Origin: Heterodontus francisci
Lineage: Eukaryota
Direction: 5' to 3'
Assembly: GCF_036365525.1 (NCBI RefSeq)
Contig: NC_090381.1
Coordinates: forward strand, 85,553,257 to 85,617,256
Length of the DNA stretch: 64,000 nucleotides
Shown here: positions 23,724 to 36,846 of the stretch, piece by piece
Layout: each line of letters begins with the position of its first letter
How positions within the stretch are numbered: the stretch's first letter is position 1
Position numbers and translations under genes: made by a program
Notes under the pieces: generated by a model
What the model was told of the DNA's origin: nothing
Seen by the model: only the letters and a program-made list of their open reading frames with translations
The model's database searches: none

Positions 23724-26642
23724 TTTTTTTTTATTTCCAAAATATACTTTATTCATAAAAATCTGTAAAAAATACATTGCCAAACAGTTTCAAACAGCAC
23801 CAAAAAATACAAACATTGCAAGGGAGATCAGTTTCCTTCCATACAATCATGAGTTGCTTCACAACCCTTCCATTTCACCTTTATCATGCCAATTACATTT
23901 TTACATTTACAGCAAATGAAGATTTTCCCGATACAGTTCGAGGGGTTTCCCATGGGTCCAGCCCCTCAGTTCAGCTTGGTGGGTGACCTTACACTGTGGT
24001 CTTTCCCCATTGAGCCTTTGCTGCAGCTGCCTGAAGCTTTAGTGCGTCCCTCAGCACGTAGTCCTGGACCTTGGAATGTGCCAGTCTGCAACAGTCGGTC
24101 GTGGACAACTCTTTGCGCTGGAAGACCAGCAAGTTTCAGGCAGACCAAAGGGCGTCTTTCACCGAATTGATAGTCCTCCAGCAGCAGTTGATGTTTGTCT
24201 CGGTGTGCGTCCCTGGGAACAGCCCGTAGAGCACAGACTCCTGTGTTACAGAGCTGCTTGGGATGAACCTCGACAAAAACCACTGCATCTCTTTCCACAC
24301 CTGCTTTGCAAAGACACGTTCCAGGAGGAGGTGGGCAACCGTCTCTTCCCCACCACAGCCACCGGGGGGCATTGCGCGGAGGGGGCGAGACTTCGGGTGT
24401 GCAGGAAGGATCTGACGGGGAGGGCCCTTCTCACCACCAGCCAAGCTACTTCTTGGTGCTTGTTTGAAAGTTCTGGTGATGAGGCATTCCGCCAAATGAC
24501 TTTGGCGGTCTGCTCGGGGAACCATCTGACAGGATCCCTCGTCTCCTTTTCCCGTAGGGCCTTGAGGACATTCCGTGCAGACCACTGCCTGATGGATCGG
24601 TGGTCAAAGGTGTTTTCCCGCAGAAATTGCTCCACGAAGGATAGGTGGTACGGCACGGTCCAACTGCATGGAGCGTTCCGCGGCAATGTGACCAGGCCCA
24701 TCCTTTGCAACACCGGGGACAGATAGAACCTCAGCACGTAGTGACACTTGGAGTTTGCGTACTGGAGGTCTACACACAGCTTGATGCAGCTGCACACGAA
24801 GGTGGTCATCAGGATGAGGGCCACGTTGGGTACATTTTTCCTGCCCTTATCCAGAGCTTTGCCCTCCGGACCCGGTCCATTTTAGTGGCAGAGCAAAGTG
24901 TGCAGATGACTGTGAAACTTTGCAGAGGAACATAGATACATTGAGTGAGTGGGCAAAGGTCTGACAGATGGAATACAATGTTAATAAATGTGAAGTCATT
25001 CATTTCGGTAGGAGTAACAGTAAAAAGGATTATTACTTGAATGGTAAAAAGTTGCAGCATGCTGCTATGCAGAGGGACCTGGGTGTCCTTGTGCATGAAT
25101 TGCAGAAGGTTGGTCTGCAGGTACAGCAAGTAATTAGGAAGGCAAATGGAATTTTGTCCTTCATTGCTAAAGGGATTGAGTTTAAAAGCAGAGAGGTTAT
25201 GTTGCAGCTGTATAAGGTACTGGTGAGGCCGCACCTGGAGTACTGTGTGCAGTTTTGGTCTCCTTATTTGAGAAAGGATGTACGGGCACTGGAGGGGGTG
25301 CAGAGGAGGTTCACTAGGTTGATTCCGGAGTTGAGGGGGTTGGCTTATGAGGAGAGACTGAGTAGATTGGGATTATATTCATTGGAGTTCAGAAGAATCA
25401 GGGGGGATCTTATAGAAACATATAAAATCATGAAGGGAATAGATAAGATACAAGTAGAGAGGATGTTTCCACTGGCAGGTGAAGCTAGGACAAGAGGGCA
25501 TAGCCTCAAGATTAGAGGGAGCAGATTTAGGACTGAATTAAGAATGAACTTCTTCACCCAGAGGGTTGTTAATCTATGGAATTCCTTGCCCAGTGAAGTA
25601 GTTGACGCTACTTCAGTAAACGTTTATAAAGCTAAGGTAGATATCTTTTTGAACAATAAAGGAATTAAGGGATACGGTGGGAGCGCGGGTAAGTGGATCT
25701 GAGTCCACGAAAAGATCAGCCATGATCTTATTGAATGGCGGAGCAGGCTCGAGGGGCCGGACGGCCTACTCCTGCTCCTAGTTCTTATGATCTTATGATC
25801 TTATAATCCCTAGATGAAGCAGAAAATGGCTCGGGTGACTGCCACAGCACAGGAGTGGGGTATGGGCCAGACCTGTGCCACGTACAGCAACAACGTGAGC
25901 GCCTCGCACCTGATGACCAGGTTCTTACCCACAATGGTGAGAGATCGCTGTCCCCACATGCTCAACTTTTGTTGTACCTTGGCTACTCGCTCCTCTCAGG
26001 TTTTGGTGCATGCCCCGGCCCTTCCGAACCATATCCCCAGCACCTTCAGGTAGTCAGACCTGACGGTGAAGGGGACAAAGGATCGGTCAGCCCAGTTCCC
26101 AAAGAACATGGCCTCGCCCTTGCCCTGGTTAACTTTGGCTCCCGAGGCCAGTTCGACTGGTCGCAGATGCTCATCAGTCTGCGCACAGACAGCGGATCCG
26201 AGCAGAAGACGGCAACGTCATCCATGTACAGGGAGGTTTTGACCAGAGTGCCTCCACTGCCTGGGATTGTCACCCCTCTTATGCTCGCATCCTTCCTAAT
26301 AGACTCAGCAAAGGGTTCAATACAGCAAACAAACAAGACCGGGGAGAGAGGACAGCCCTGTCTGACTCCAGATTGGATTGGGAAACTTTCCGATTCCCAC
26401 CCATTGATTGAGACTGCGCTAGTGATGTTTGTGTAGAGCAGTTTGATCCAATTGCAGATTCCCTCCCCAAACCCCATTTTGGAAAGCACGTCCATCATAT
26501 AGGTGTGCAATATCCTGTCAAAAGCCTTTTCCTGGTCCAGGCTGATGAGGCAGGTGTCCACCCTCCTGTCCCGCACATAGGCGATCGTATCCCTGAGTAG
26601 CGCGAGACTATCAGAGATCTTCCTGCCGGGTACAGTACAGGT
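23724..26642 (-). mobile_element. Tx1-like (L1 clade) non-LTR retrotransposon, 5'-truncated and interrupted by a CR1 fragment
   Basis: RT motifs SLDQEKAFDRI, SGVRQGCPLSP, YMDDV; C-terminal CGGEETVAHLLLE zinc-knuckle region; poly(A) seen as a T-run at 23724; 12-bp TSD ctcatgcaagat (23712-23723 / 26643-26654). Confidence 0.9.
24883..25807 (+). mobile_element. CR1 LINE 3' fragment nested in the Tx1-like element
   Basis: RT C-terminus KCEVIHFG...RPHLEYCVQFWSP...RTRGH; (tcttatga)n tail. Confidence 0.9.
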
Positions 26643-27299
26643 CTCATGCAAGATATATGAGCAATTTTAAAATCTGTCAACTTGGTGTTCCATAAGATGT
26701 TAAAGGTTAGGGCAGTCAAAGCAATAGCCCTGGAACCCCTTTAAGGTAAATACAATTCCTGTTGAAGATGTTGTGACAGGATGTAAGTCATGATTTTGAA
26801 CTTTGAGGGCTGGTAAATTCTGACAGGACCAAGTCTCACCAAGGTTCTACTGTAGAAGCACCCTGACAAATTCAGTTTCTCTTTCAGGACAGGCTGAAGA
26901 AACATCCATCTGTACAAGTGGCACCTACATGCAAATGTAAAAGTTAGGATGTGATGACATCAGTCATCCTAAATTTCACGACTTCCAACTTCCCATGTGC
27001 TCCGGAGAATGTGCTTCACTGATTAAAAGGTGAAGTTTTCCAGGTCCTTTTCATTATGGCGGAAGATTTGGTTAAAGGGGCACTGCTGAACTGCAATTGC
27101 ATCTTGGGAGTTTTGGCCATTTCTTAGAACTCACCAGTTGAATTGAAAAAAACAATTTCTCATCAGCTGAGGGTATTCTCTTTCAAAGGAATTACTGAGT
27201 TCAGAACTGAAGCTGACCAATGGGAATGCCACTTTACATGACCAAGTATTGGGGAGGGAAGGAGCTGCAGGAGGCTCAGTCCAGAGAGCTATGAAGAAC

Positions 27300-29290
27300 T
27301 TTTGCCTGATCAGCCAATTTACGGTGCACTGCTCCATAATGCAAATCACTAACGCTCTTTTTGCCAAGGCAGTTTATTTTTTACAATTTGTCAATGCTGC
27401 CACATAGATGCTCTGGAGAACCATCAAATTTGTCAGAATTACTAAATTCCCCAGGGTTGTCAGAGTTATTGATTGCACTCATGCGGTACTGCGTTCCCCA
27501 ACTGGTCCTAACATATTTATCTGAACTGCAAAGGCTTTGGTTCCCTAAATGTGCAGCTCATTTGTGATAGCAGGCACAGCTTCTTATATGTGAGTTCTCA
27601 ACACCCTGGAGCTGTCATGGTGCTTTTAAACTTAGCAATCCTGTGTCTCAGGTCTATTTGAACTAGTTGACAAGGGATACTTTGTACTCTGGCTCATAAC
27701 AACTCTTCATAGACCACCAGTGCTGCAGAGCAGTACTACAATGCAGCACACATAAAGGCAAGGATGAAAATTTAGTAAGCGGGGATTGTAGCATGCTAGT
27801 AGACTAGTAATCCAAAAGACTGGATTAATATTTCAGAGACTTGAGGTCAAATCACACCAAGGCAGCTGAGGAAATTTAAATTCAATAAATCAATAAATTT
27901 GGAATAAAATGCTAGTCTCAGTAATGTTGATTGTAAAATGACTGGGTTGTCGTAAAAACCCATTTGGTTCACTAATGCCCTTCAGGAGAGGAAATCTGCT
28001 GTCCATACCTGGTCTGGCCAGCATGTGACTCCAGACCAACAGCAATGCGGTTGACGCTTAATGGCACTCTGAAATGGCCTAACAAGCCATTCAGTTGTAT
28101 CAAACTGCTACAGAAAAGTTGAAAAAGAATAAAACCGGACAAACCACCCAGTATTGACCTTGGTACTGGAAACGATAAAGGCACACCTTGGTCAGTTGAC
28201 CCTGCAAAGTCCTCCTCACTAACATTTGGAGACTTGTGCCAAAACTGGGAGAGCTGTCTCACAGTCTAATCAAGCAACAGTTTGACATAGTGATACTCAC
28301 CAAATCATACCTTACAGTCAATGTGCCAGACTCTTCCATCACCATCCCTGATTGTGACACAGTGGTATACAGTCAGCAGGAAGTGGCCCTGGGAATTCTC
28401 AACATTGATTCCATGAAGTCGCATTGCATCCGGTCAAACACAGGAAACCTCCTGCTGATTACTACCTACCGCCCTCCCTCAGCTGATGAATCAGTACTCA
28501 TCCATGTTGAAGACCACTTGGAAGAAGCACTGAGGGTAGCAACAGCACAGAATGCCTACCATCTACAAGCACAAGTCAGGTGTGTTTTGGAATATTCTTC
28601 ATTTGCCTGGATGAGTGCAGCTCCAACAACACTGATGAAGCTCGACAACATTCAAGACAAAGCAGCCTGCTTGATCAGCACCCCGTCTACCACCTTAAAA
28701 TTTCATTCAAGCCACCAGTGGTGCACAGTCGCAGCAGTGTGTATAATCTACATGATGCGCTGTAGCAACTTGTCATGGCTCCTTCGACAGCACCTTTCAA
28801 ACCCGTGACCTCTACCATCCAGATGAACAAGGGCAGCAGATGCATGGGAAATCACCTGCAAGTTCTCCTCCAAGCTACACACCATCTTAAGTTGGAACTA
28901 TATCACTGTTCCTTCATTGTCGCTGGATCAAAATCCTGAAAATCGTTCCCTAATAGCACTGTGAGTGTACCGACAGCGCAAGGACTGCAGCGGTTCAAGA
29001 AGGTGGCTCACCACCACCTTCTCAAGGGATGCTCAAAGGAAGTGTCTGGTGTCTGGATAAGTTTAGGGAAGCTTTGCAGGATGCTGTCAGCAATGTCCTG
29101 CAAATTGTAATAGCATGTTATGTGTTTCACAAGTTTTCAATTAAGAAAGGACTGTCCCAGAGAATGCCTCAGAGCTGATGATCATGCTGCTGATGCTGTA
29201 GAACCTGACCTATGAAGAAAATAAAGCAGGTACATGGCAGCAGCTGTTAAACACCTGAAAGACAGACTCACTCAGCACATCTTCACAGAT
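27300..29290 (+). mobile_element. Decayed PIF/Harbinger (HARBI1-like) DDE transposase, split by a LINE insertion
   Basis: Frameshifted motifs ISQFTVHCS..ITNALF, KFPRVVRVIDCTH (27444-27482), HPG.., DKGY, AEQYYNAAHIKAR; resumes near 29029 as MLKGSVWCLDK..ALQ..IVIACYVFHK. Confidence 0.7.
27787..29028 (+). mobile_element. Internally deleted copy of the second CR1/L2-group LINE family (5' UTR and endonuclease start joined to the post-RT 3' end)
   Basis: Homologous to 34087-34400 (NLLLITTYRPPSADESVL..LRVA) joined near 28555 directly to the 36310-36770 region (QVRCVLEYSSFAWMSAAPTT). Confidence 0.75.
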
Positions 29291-29430
29291 GAATAGAGCA
29301 CTATTATCAGCCCATCAAAGATCTGTCTCCTTTCAACGAAGACTCCATGATCTATGTAAAATCCTTGAATCTCATATTTAGCCATCATATTCTAATCCTG
29401 AGCATCGATATCAACATATTACCTGTTCCC

Positions 29431-29603
29431 AAATAAAAACAGAAAATACTGGAAATACTCAGCAGGTTTGACCTGAAGGGTCATCGACCTGAAACGTTAG
29501 CTCTGTTTCTCCCGCCATAGCTGCTGCCAGGCCTGCTGAGCATTTCCAGCATTTTCTGTTTTTATTTGAGATTTCCAGCATCTGCAGTATTTTGCTTTTG
29601 CAC
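29431..29603. mobile_element. Penelope-like terminal fragment with inverted arm
   Basis: aaataaaaacagaaaatactggaaatactcagcagg is the reverse complement of the downstream cctgctgagcatttccagcattttctgtttttattt; contains agggtcatcgacctGAAACGTT; 11-bp TSD tacctgttccc. Confidence 0.75.
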
Positions 29604-30662
29604 TACCTGTTCCCCATTTCCATAATAATGAATCAAACACCAAGTAATCCCGACATCAAATATGACAATGATTTATCATAACTACTTTCAAAAATATGAT
29701 TTGGTTCTGTTATGATGCACCTAACCACCACCCCCCACCTTGTGATCACAGGCCACCTTATGACCTGGCTTCTAAGATGTAGATGACTGCTGCAAAATAG
29801 CAAGAATCTCTTATCATGGAGGTAGCTCTTCTTTGATGTCCCCCAAGTTCTGGGATGAACATAGGAAAGTTTGGTCCTGGTCCTGCTCCTGCTCCTGCAA
29901 AGATGTGTGCAGATGCATAATTCAAAGATCTGCAGCAAGGAACTGCTTTGAGGCGAAGCAGCCTCTGAGGCACACATGCAAGCTTCTGAACTGTTACTGG
30001 GAATAAGTTTCTGGTTACCAATGATCTGTGGGAAAATGGACCTCACAGAATCAAATTGGTATGAAAAGTTTGTTTTTCATGTTAAGTTCTGATGAATGAG
30101 ATTTAAAGGGAAATGTGCATATTTCCTCAAGGTTTCTGACATTTTCACATTGCCTTAAATTCCCACAAATACAGCTGGCATAAAAGCATCAAAGGAAGCC
30201 AGCAGAGTTCAAGAGGGGAAAGGATGAGTAGATAGCCTACAGAAATCCGGAGTAGTAATAGCAATGTAGGCTGTATGCCGTTAAAAGATCAGTTGCTCCT
30301 TATTGAACAAAGCTTAACTTTTCATGGTCTTTACAGTGAGAATAGTAGGTAATTAGTTGAAGTTCATGACAAATCAGGTGATTTCTGTTTTGGTTCTATC
30401 TGCAAAGACTAAAATAGCGCACCCTGTGGAGGAGCAGGTTATATCTGACAGCAACTTCCAGATTTCCGCATTTAACGGTGCATGTGCAGATTCCAGCTGT
30501 TGCTGTCAGTTTTACTCAGTAACAACAACGAACACTGACAGTCTCACCGTTATTACTAGCAGCAATTCCGGTGAAAACAGAATGCAAGCGGCTATTGCTG
30601 CCTATACATTAAATTCTTCATAAACAGCTTAAAATGAGACACATTTGTGAAGCAGACGCATT

Positions 30663-31389
30663 GGGCTGGATTTTAAAGCCCCTCCGCCATTGGGAACATT
30701 GGTGTGGGGGGGGGAGGGCAATGAAGATTGGACCCCCATTTAAATATGTAAACTAATTTACATAGCTAATTTAATCACCTCCTTAATCGTCGCACCGATT
30801 TTCATTCAGGCGGCCGACAGTGCTGCGCCTTCGAATCCCCGTTCAGGGAAATGTGGCGCGACACCTGTAGGGAGGGGGAAGAGGATTTTTCCTCTGTGCG
30901 GGTGGGGAGGAACAGGGTTAAAATGCAGCGGATTGTTCAGGCGGGGTGGTGGAAGTGGGTAAAGGGCAAAAGTGCCGAAATTTTGGGGGGGGGTGGGGAA
31001 ACGGTCAAATATTTTATATCTGTATTCTGGGAGGGAAAAGGGTGGGAATGTTGTGATTTACCATTGAGGGGTGGGAGAGTGCATGGTACATTTATTTTAT
31101 TTAGTTTTAGGAAACTTAAACTTACCTGTCCCTTTAAATTTTAAATATGAATTGAGGGCTGTAAGCCCTTTAAAAATGGCACCAATTCCTGCGCATTGGC
31201 GCCGGACGTCATTGCCTATGGCGGCTTGCCCATCCCTCCACATCATTGCAGGGAGTGGGTGCCACGGCCATGCAAATGAGCCACCGTGTTTGAATTCACG
31301 GCGGCTCTGTGACGCGGCGCCGGTGCGGGCGGGATGAACGTTTTTACGTCTGTCGCCTACTTTGGCGGCGGGCTGTAAAAGTGCAGCGC
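30663..31389. mobile_element. Harbinger-type MITE with degenerate TIRs
   Basis: gggctggattttaaagcccctccgcca ... tggcggcgggctgtaaaagtgcagcgc; ATT 3-bp TSD on both sides. Confidence 0.6.
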
Positions 31390-31911
31390 ATTATCTATAG
31401 GCCCTTAAATCAATGACTCTAAAGAGTGCAATAATTCACGGGTAACTTATAGAATGATCCAGAATAAATTGGTTGAATAATTATAGTTGTGTAATTCTGA
31501 AAAATATTTGAGCTGAAAGAGGTGTATGCTTTCTTGCTGAAGTGGAATACCAATGAGCCAATCCCAAGAACAAGATGAGGCAAACACAGACCCATTGTAG
31601 CAATATGCACACTGGCTGAATTGACAGTACGAAGAGCACTCGTTAAAGCTTTTTCCCCAAGGAACCTGCATGGGACTCTCTCGGCAATCTCGCAACATGA
31701 TAACACTGACCATATTTTAATAAGTTCTTCATTGACTGAGAAGCATTTGGATATCTATTAGATGTAAAAGGTACTATATAAATACAAGTTCTTTCCTTTC
31801 TTCTGGACTAACATCAGAAGCTTGCAATTATAACTTACCACAAGAGATCTTGAGATTTCTGTTATATAGTTTTGTTTTATCACAATCTTAAGTTTTATAT
31901 TTTCAAATTAG

Positions 31912-31989
31912 GCAAAAAGTAATGCCTACAATATTGATACCATTGAACGCTTAACAACTTCCGATCCATCCTTCATCTGGATCTACAAT
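31912..31989 (+). CDS. Candidate unique 78-nt exon (AKSNAYNIDTIERLTTSDPSFIWIYN)
   Basis: tttttcaaattAG|gc ... aat|GTTAGT; open only in phase 0, so it does not join the phase-1 arrays directly. Confidence 0.3.
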
Positions 31990-32171
31990 GTTAGTCAGTG
32001 TATATTTTAAATTATTATTAAAAATAGAAATGAATTGAGAAATTCCGCAGTATTTGCCACTTTTCTACAACTGGAATTTCATTTACAATCAGAACGTATG
32101 CAATTGGAGACATCATTTAAATATGATTATAAATTGGTAACTTTTATAATTCATTTTAACATCTTAAAGAA

Positions 32172-34086
32172 AGTAGGAAGGAACTTAAGCAAGGAGTCAG
32201 GAGGGCTAAAAGGGGTCATGAAAAGTCATTGGCAAACGGGATTAAGGAGAATCCCAAGGCTTTTTATACGTATATAAAGAGCAAGAGGGTAACCAGGGAA
32301 AGGGTTGGCCCACTCAAGGACAGAGGAGGGAATCTATGTGTGGAGCCAGAGGAAATGGGCGAGGTACTAAATGAGTACTTTGCATCAGTATTCACCAAGG
32401 AGAAGGACTTGGTGGATGATGAGCCTAGGGAAGGGAGTGCAGAAAGTCTGGGTCATCTCATTATCAAAAAGGAGGAGGTGTTGGGTGTCTTGCAAAGCAT
32501 TAAGGTAGATAAGTCCCCAGGGCCTGATGGGATCTATCCTGGAATACTGAGGGAGGCAAGGGAGGAAATTGCTGGGGCTTTGACAGAAATCTTTGTATCC
32601 TCATTGGCTACAGGTGAGGTCCCAGAGGACTGGAGAATAGCCAATGTTGTTCCTTTGTTTAAGAAGGGAGGCAAGGATAATCCAGGAAATTATAGGCCGG
32701 TAAGCCTTAGGTCAGTGGTAGGGAAACTATTAGAGAGGATTATTCGGGATAGGATTTACTCCCGTTTGGAAACAAACGAACTTATTAGCGAGAGACAGCA
32801 TGGTTTTGTGAAGGGGAGGTTGTGTCTTACTAATTTGATTGAGTTTTTTGAGGAAGTGACGAAGATGATTGATGAAGGAAGGGCAGTGGACATTTTCTAT
32901 ATGGACTTTAGTAAAGCCTTTGACAAGGTCCCGCCTGGCAGACTGGTACAAAAGGTGAAGTCACACGGGATCAGAGGTGAGCTGGCAAGATGGATACAGA
33001 ACTGACTCTGTCATAGAAGACAGAGGGTATCAGTGGATGGGTGTTTTTCTGAATGGAGGGATGTGACTAGTGGTGTTCCGCAGGGATCGGTGCTGGGACC
33101 TTTGCTGTTTGTCGTATATATAAATGATTTGGAGGAAAATGTAGCTGGTCTGATTAGTAAGTTTGCGGACGACACAAATGTTGGTGGAGTTGCGGATAAT
33201 GATGAGGATTGTCAGAGGATACAGCAGGATATAGATCGGTTGGAGACTTGGGCGGAGAAATGGTAGATGGAGTTTAATCCGGACAAATGTGAGGTAATGC
33301 ATTTTGGAAGGTCTAATGCAGGTCGGAGGTAGACAGTAAATGGCAGAACCCTTAGGAGTATTGACAGGCAGAGAGATCTGGGCGTAGAGGTCCGCAGGTC
33401 ACCGAAAGTGGCAACGCAGGTGGGTAAGGTAGTCAAGAAGGCATACGGCATGCTTGCCTTCATCGGTCGGGGCATAGAGTATAAAAATTGGCAAGTCATG
33501 TTGCAGCTGTACAGAAACTTAGTTAGGCCACACTTAGAATATTGCGTGCAATTCTGGTCGCCACACTACCAGAAGGACGTGGAGGCTTTAGAGAGGGTAC
33601 AAAGGAGGTTTACCAGGATGTTGCCTGGTCTGGAGGGCATGAGCTATGAGGAGAGGTTGGAAAAACTCAGATTGTTTTCACGGAACGACAGAGGTGGAGG
33701 GGCGACATGATAGAGGTTTACAAAGTTATGAGCGGCATGGACAGAGTGGATAGTCAGAAGCTTTTTCCCAGGGTGGAAGAGTCAGTTACTAGGGGACATA
33801 GGTTGAAGGTGTGAGGGGCAAAGTTTAGAGGGGATGTGCGAGGCAAGTTTTTTATACAGAGGGTGGTGAGTGCCTGGAACTTGCTGCCAGGGGAGGTGGT
33901 GGAAGCAGATACCATAGCGACGTTTAAGAGTCATCTTGACAAATACATGAATAGAAAGGGAATAGAGGGATATGAGCCCCGGAAGTGCAGAAGGTGTTAG
34001 TTTAGGCAGGCATCAAGATCGGCACAGGCTTGGAGGGCTGAATGGCCTGTTCCTGTGCTGTACTGTTCTTTGTTCTTTGTTCTTTG
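32172..34086 (+). mobile_element. CR1 (HER1-like) LINE, 5'-truncated
   Basis: KSPGPDGIYP, NYRPVSL, YMDFSKAFDKVP, KFADDT; (gttcttt)n tail. Confidence 0.95.
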
Positions 34087-36846
34087 TACTCACAGAATCA
34101 TACCTTACAGACAATGTCCCAGGCATTGCCATCACCATCCCCGGGTGTGTCCTGACCCACCAGCAGGACAGACCCACCAGACGTGGTGGCACAATGGTAT
34201 ACAGTAGGGAGGGAGTTGCCCTGGGAGTCCTCAACATCAACTCCGGACCCCATGAAGTCTCATGGCATCAGGTCAAACATGGGCAAGGTAACCTCCTACT
34301 GATTACCACCTACTGCCCTCCATCAGCTGATGACTCAGTACTCCTCCATGTTGAACACCATTTGGAGGATGCACTGAGGGTGGCAAGGGCACAAAATATA
34401 CTCTGGGTGGGGGACTTCAATGTCCATCACCAAGAGTGGCTCGGTAGCACCACTACTGACCGAGCTGGCCGAGTCCTAAAGGACTGGGACTGCGGCAGGT
34501 GGTGGGGGAACCAACACAAGGGAAAAACATACTTGACCTCGTCCTCACCAATCTGCCTGCCGCAGATGCTTCTGTCCATGACAGTATTGGTAGGAGTGAC
34601 CACCGCACAGTACTTGTGGTGATGTAGTCCCGCCTTCACATTGAGGATACCGTCCATCGTGTTGTGTGGCACTAACACCGTGCTAGATGGGATAGATTTC
34701 GAACAGATCTAGCAATGCAAAACTGGGCATCCATGAGGTGCTGTGGGCCATCAGCAGCAGCAGAATTGTACTCATGCACAATCTGTAACCTCATGGCCCG
34801 GCATATCCCCCACTCTACCATTACCATCAAGCCAGGAGACCAACCCTGGTTCAATGAAGAGTGCAGGAGGGCATGCCAGGAGCAGCACCAGGCATACCTC
34901 AAAATGAGGTGTCAACCTGGTGAAGCTACAACACAGGACTATCTGCGTGCCAAACTGCATAAGCAGCATGCGATAGAGCTAAGCGATCCCATAACCAATG
35001 GTTCAGATCTAAGCTCTGCAGTCCTGCCACATCCAGCCGTGAATGGTGGTGGACAATCAAACAACTAACTGGAGGAGGTGGCTCCACAAATATCCACATC
35101 CTCAATGATGGGGGAGCCCTGCGCATCAGTGCAAAAGATAAGGCTGAAGCATTTACAACAATCTTCAGCCAGAAGTGCCGAGTTGATGATCCATTTCGAC
35201 CTCCTCCTGAAGTCCCGATCATCACAGATGCCAGACTTCAGGCAATTCGATTCACTCCGCGTGATATCAAGAAACGACTGAAGGCACTGGATACTGCAAA
35301 AGCTATGGGCCCTGACAATATTCCGGCAATAGTACTGAAGACCTGTGCTCCAGAACTTGCCGCGCCCCTAGCCAAGCTGTTCCAGTACAGCTACAACACT
35401 GGCATCTACCCTGCAATGTGGAAAATTGCCCGGGTATGTCCTGTACACAAAAAGCAGGACAAGTCCAACCCGGCCAATATACCGCCCCATCAGTCTACTC
35501 TCAATCATCAGTAAAGTGACGGAAGGTGTCATCAACAGTGCCATCAAGCGGCACTTGCTTAGCAATAACCTGCTCAGTGACGCTCAGTTTGGGATCCGCC
35601 AGGGCCACTCAGCTCCTGACCTCATTACAGCCTTGGTTCAAACATGGACAAAAGAGCTGAACTCAAGAGGTGAGGTGAGAGTGACTGCCCTTGACATCAA
35701 GGCAGCATTTGACCGAGTATGGCATCAAGGAGCCCTAGCAAAACTGAGGTCAATGGGAATCAGGGGGAAAACCCTCCGCTGGCTGGAGTCATACCTAGCG
35801 CAAAGGAAGATGGTTGTGGTTGTTGGAGGTCAATCATCTGAACTCCAGGACATCACTGCAGGAGTTCCTCAGGGTAGTGTCCTCGGCCCAATCATCTTCA
35901 GCTGCTTCATCAATGACCTTCCTTCAATCATAAGGTCAGAAGTGGGGATGTTCGCTGATGATTGCACAATGTTCAGCACCATTCATGACTCCTCAGATAC
36001 TGAAGCAGTCCATGTAGAAATGCAGCAAGACCTGGACAATATCCAGGCTTGGGCTGATAAGTTGGAAGTAACATTCGCGTCACACAAGTGCCAGGCAATG
36101 ACCATCTCCAACAAGAGAGAATCTAACCATCTCCCCTTGACATTCAACGGCATTACCATCGCTGAATCCCCCACTATCAACATCCTCGGGGCTACCATTG
36201 ACCAGAAACTGAACTGGAGTAGCTATATAAATACCGTGGCGACAAGAGCAGGTCGTAGGCTAGGAATCCTGAGGCGAGTAACTCACCTCCTGTCTCCCCA
36301 AAGCCTGTCCACCATCTACAAGGGACAAGTCAGGAGTGTGATGGAATACTCTCCACTTGCCTGGATGGTTGCAGCTCCAACAACACTCAAGAAGCTCGAC
36401 ATCATCCAGGACAAAGCAGCCCGCTTGATTGGCACACCATCTACAAACATTCACTCCCCCCACCACTGACGCACAGTAGCAGCTGTGTGTACCATCTACA
36501 AGATGCACGACAGCAATGCACCAAGGCTCCTTAGACAGCACCTTCCAAATGCGCGACCTCTACCAACTAGAAGGACAGGGCAGCAAATACATGGCAACAC
36601 CACCACCTACACGTTCCCCTCCAAGTCACACACCATCCTGACTTGGAACTATATCGCCGTTCGTTCACTGGGTAAAAGTCCTGGAACTCCCTTCCTAACA
36701 TCACTGTGGATCTACCTGCCCCAAATAGACTGCAGTGGTTCAAGAAGGCAGCTCACCCCCACCTTCTCAAGGGCAATTAAGGATGGGCAATAAATGCTGG
36801 CATAGCCAGTGATGCCCACATCCCATGAATGAATATAAAATAAAAA
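34087..36846 (+). mobile_element. Second CR1/L2-group LINE family, 5'-truncated (endonuclease plus RT)
   Basis: WVGDFNVHH, GPDNIPA, ALDIKAAFDRVWH, GVPQGSVLGP, MFADD; 3' end cccacatcccatgaatgaatataaaataaaaa. Confidence 0.9.

Noticed and set aside
29633-30046. Minus-strand 137-aa ORF as a Harbinger Myb/SANT gene
   Set aside because: Its position would fit, but motif similarity is too weak to support the call.
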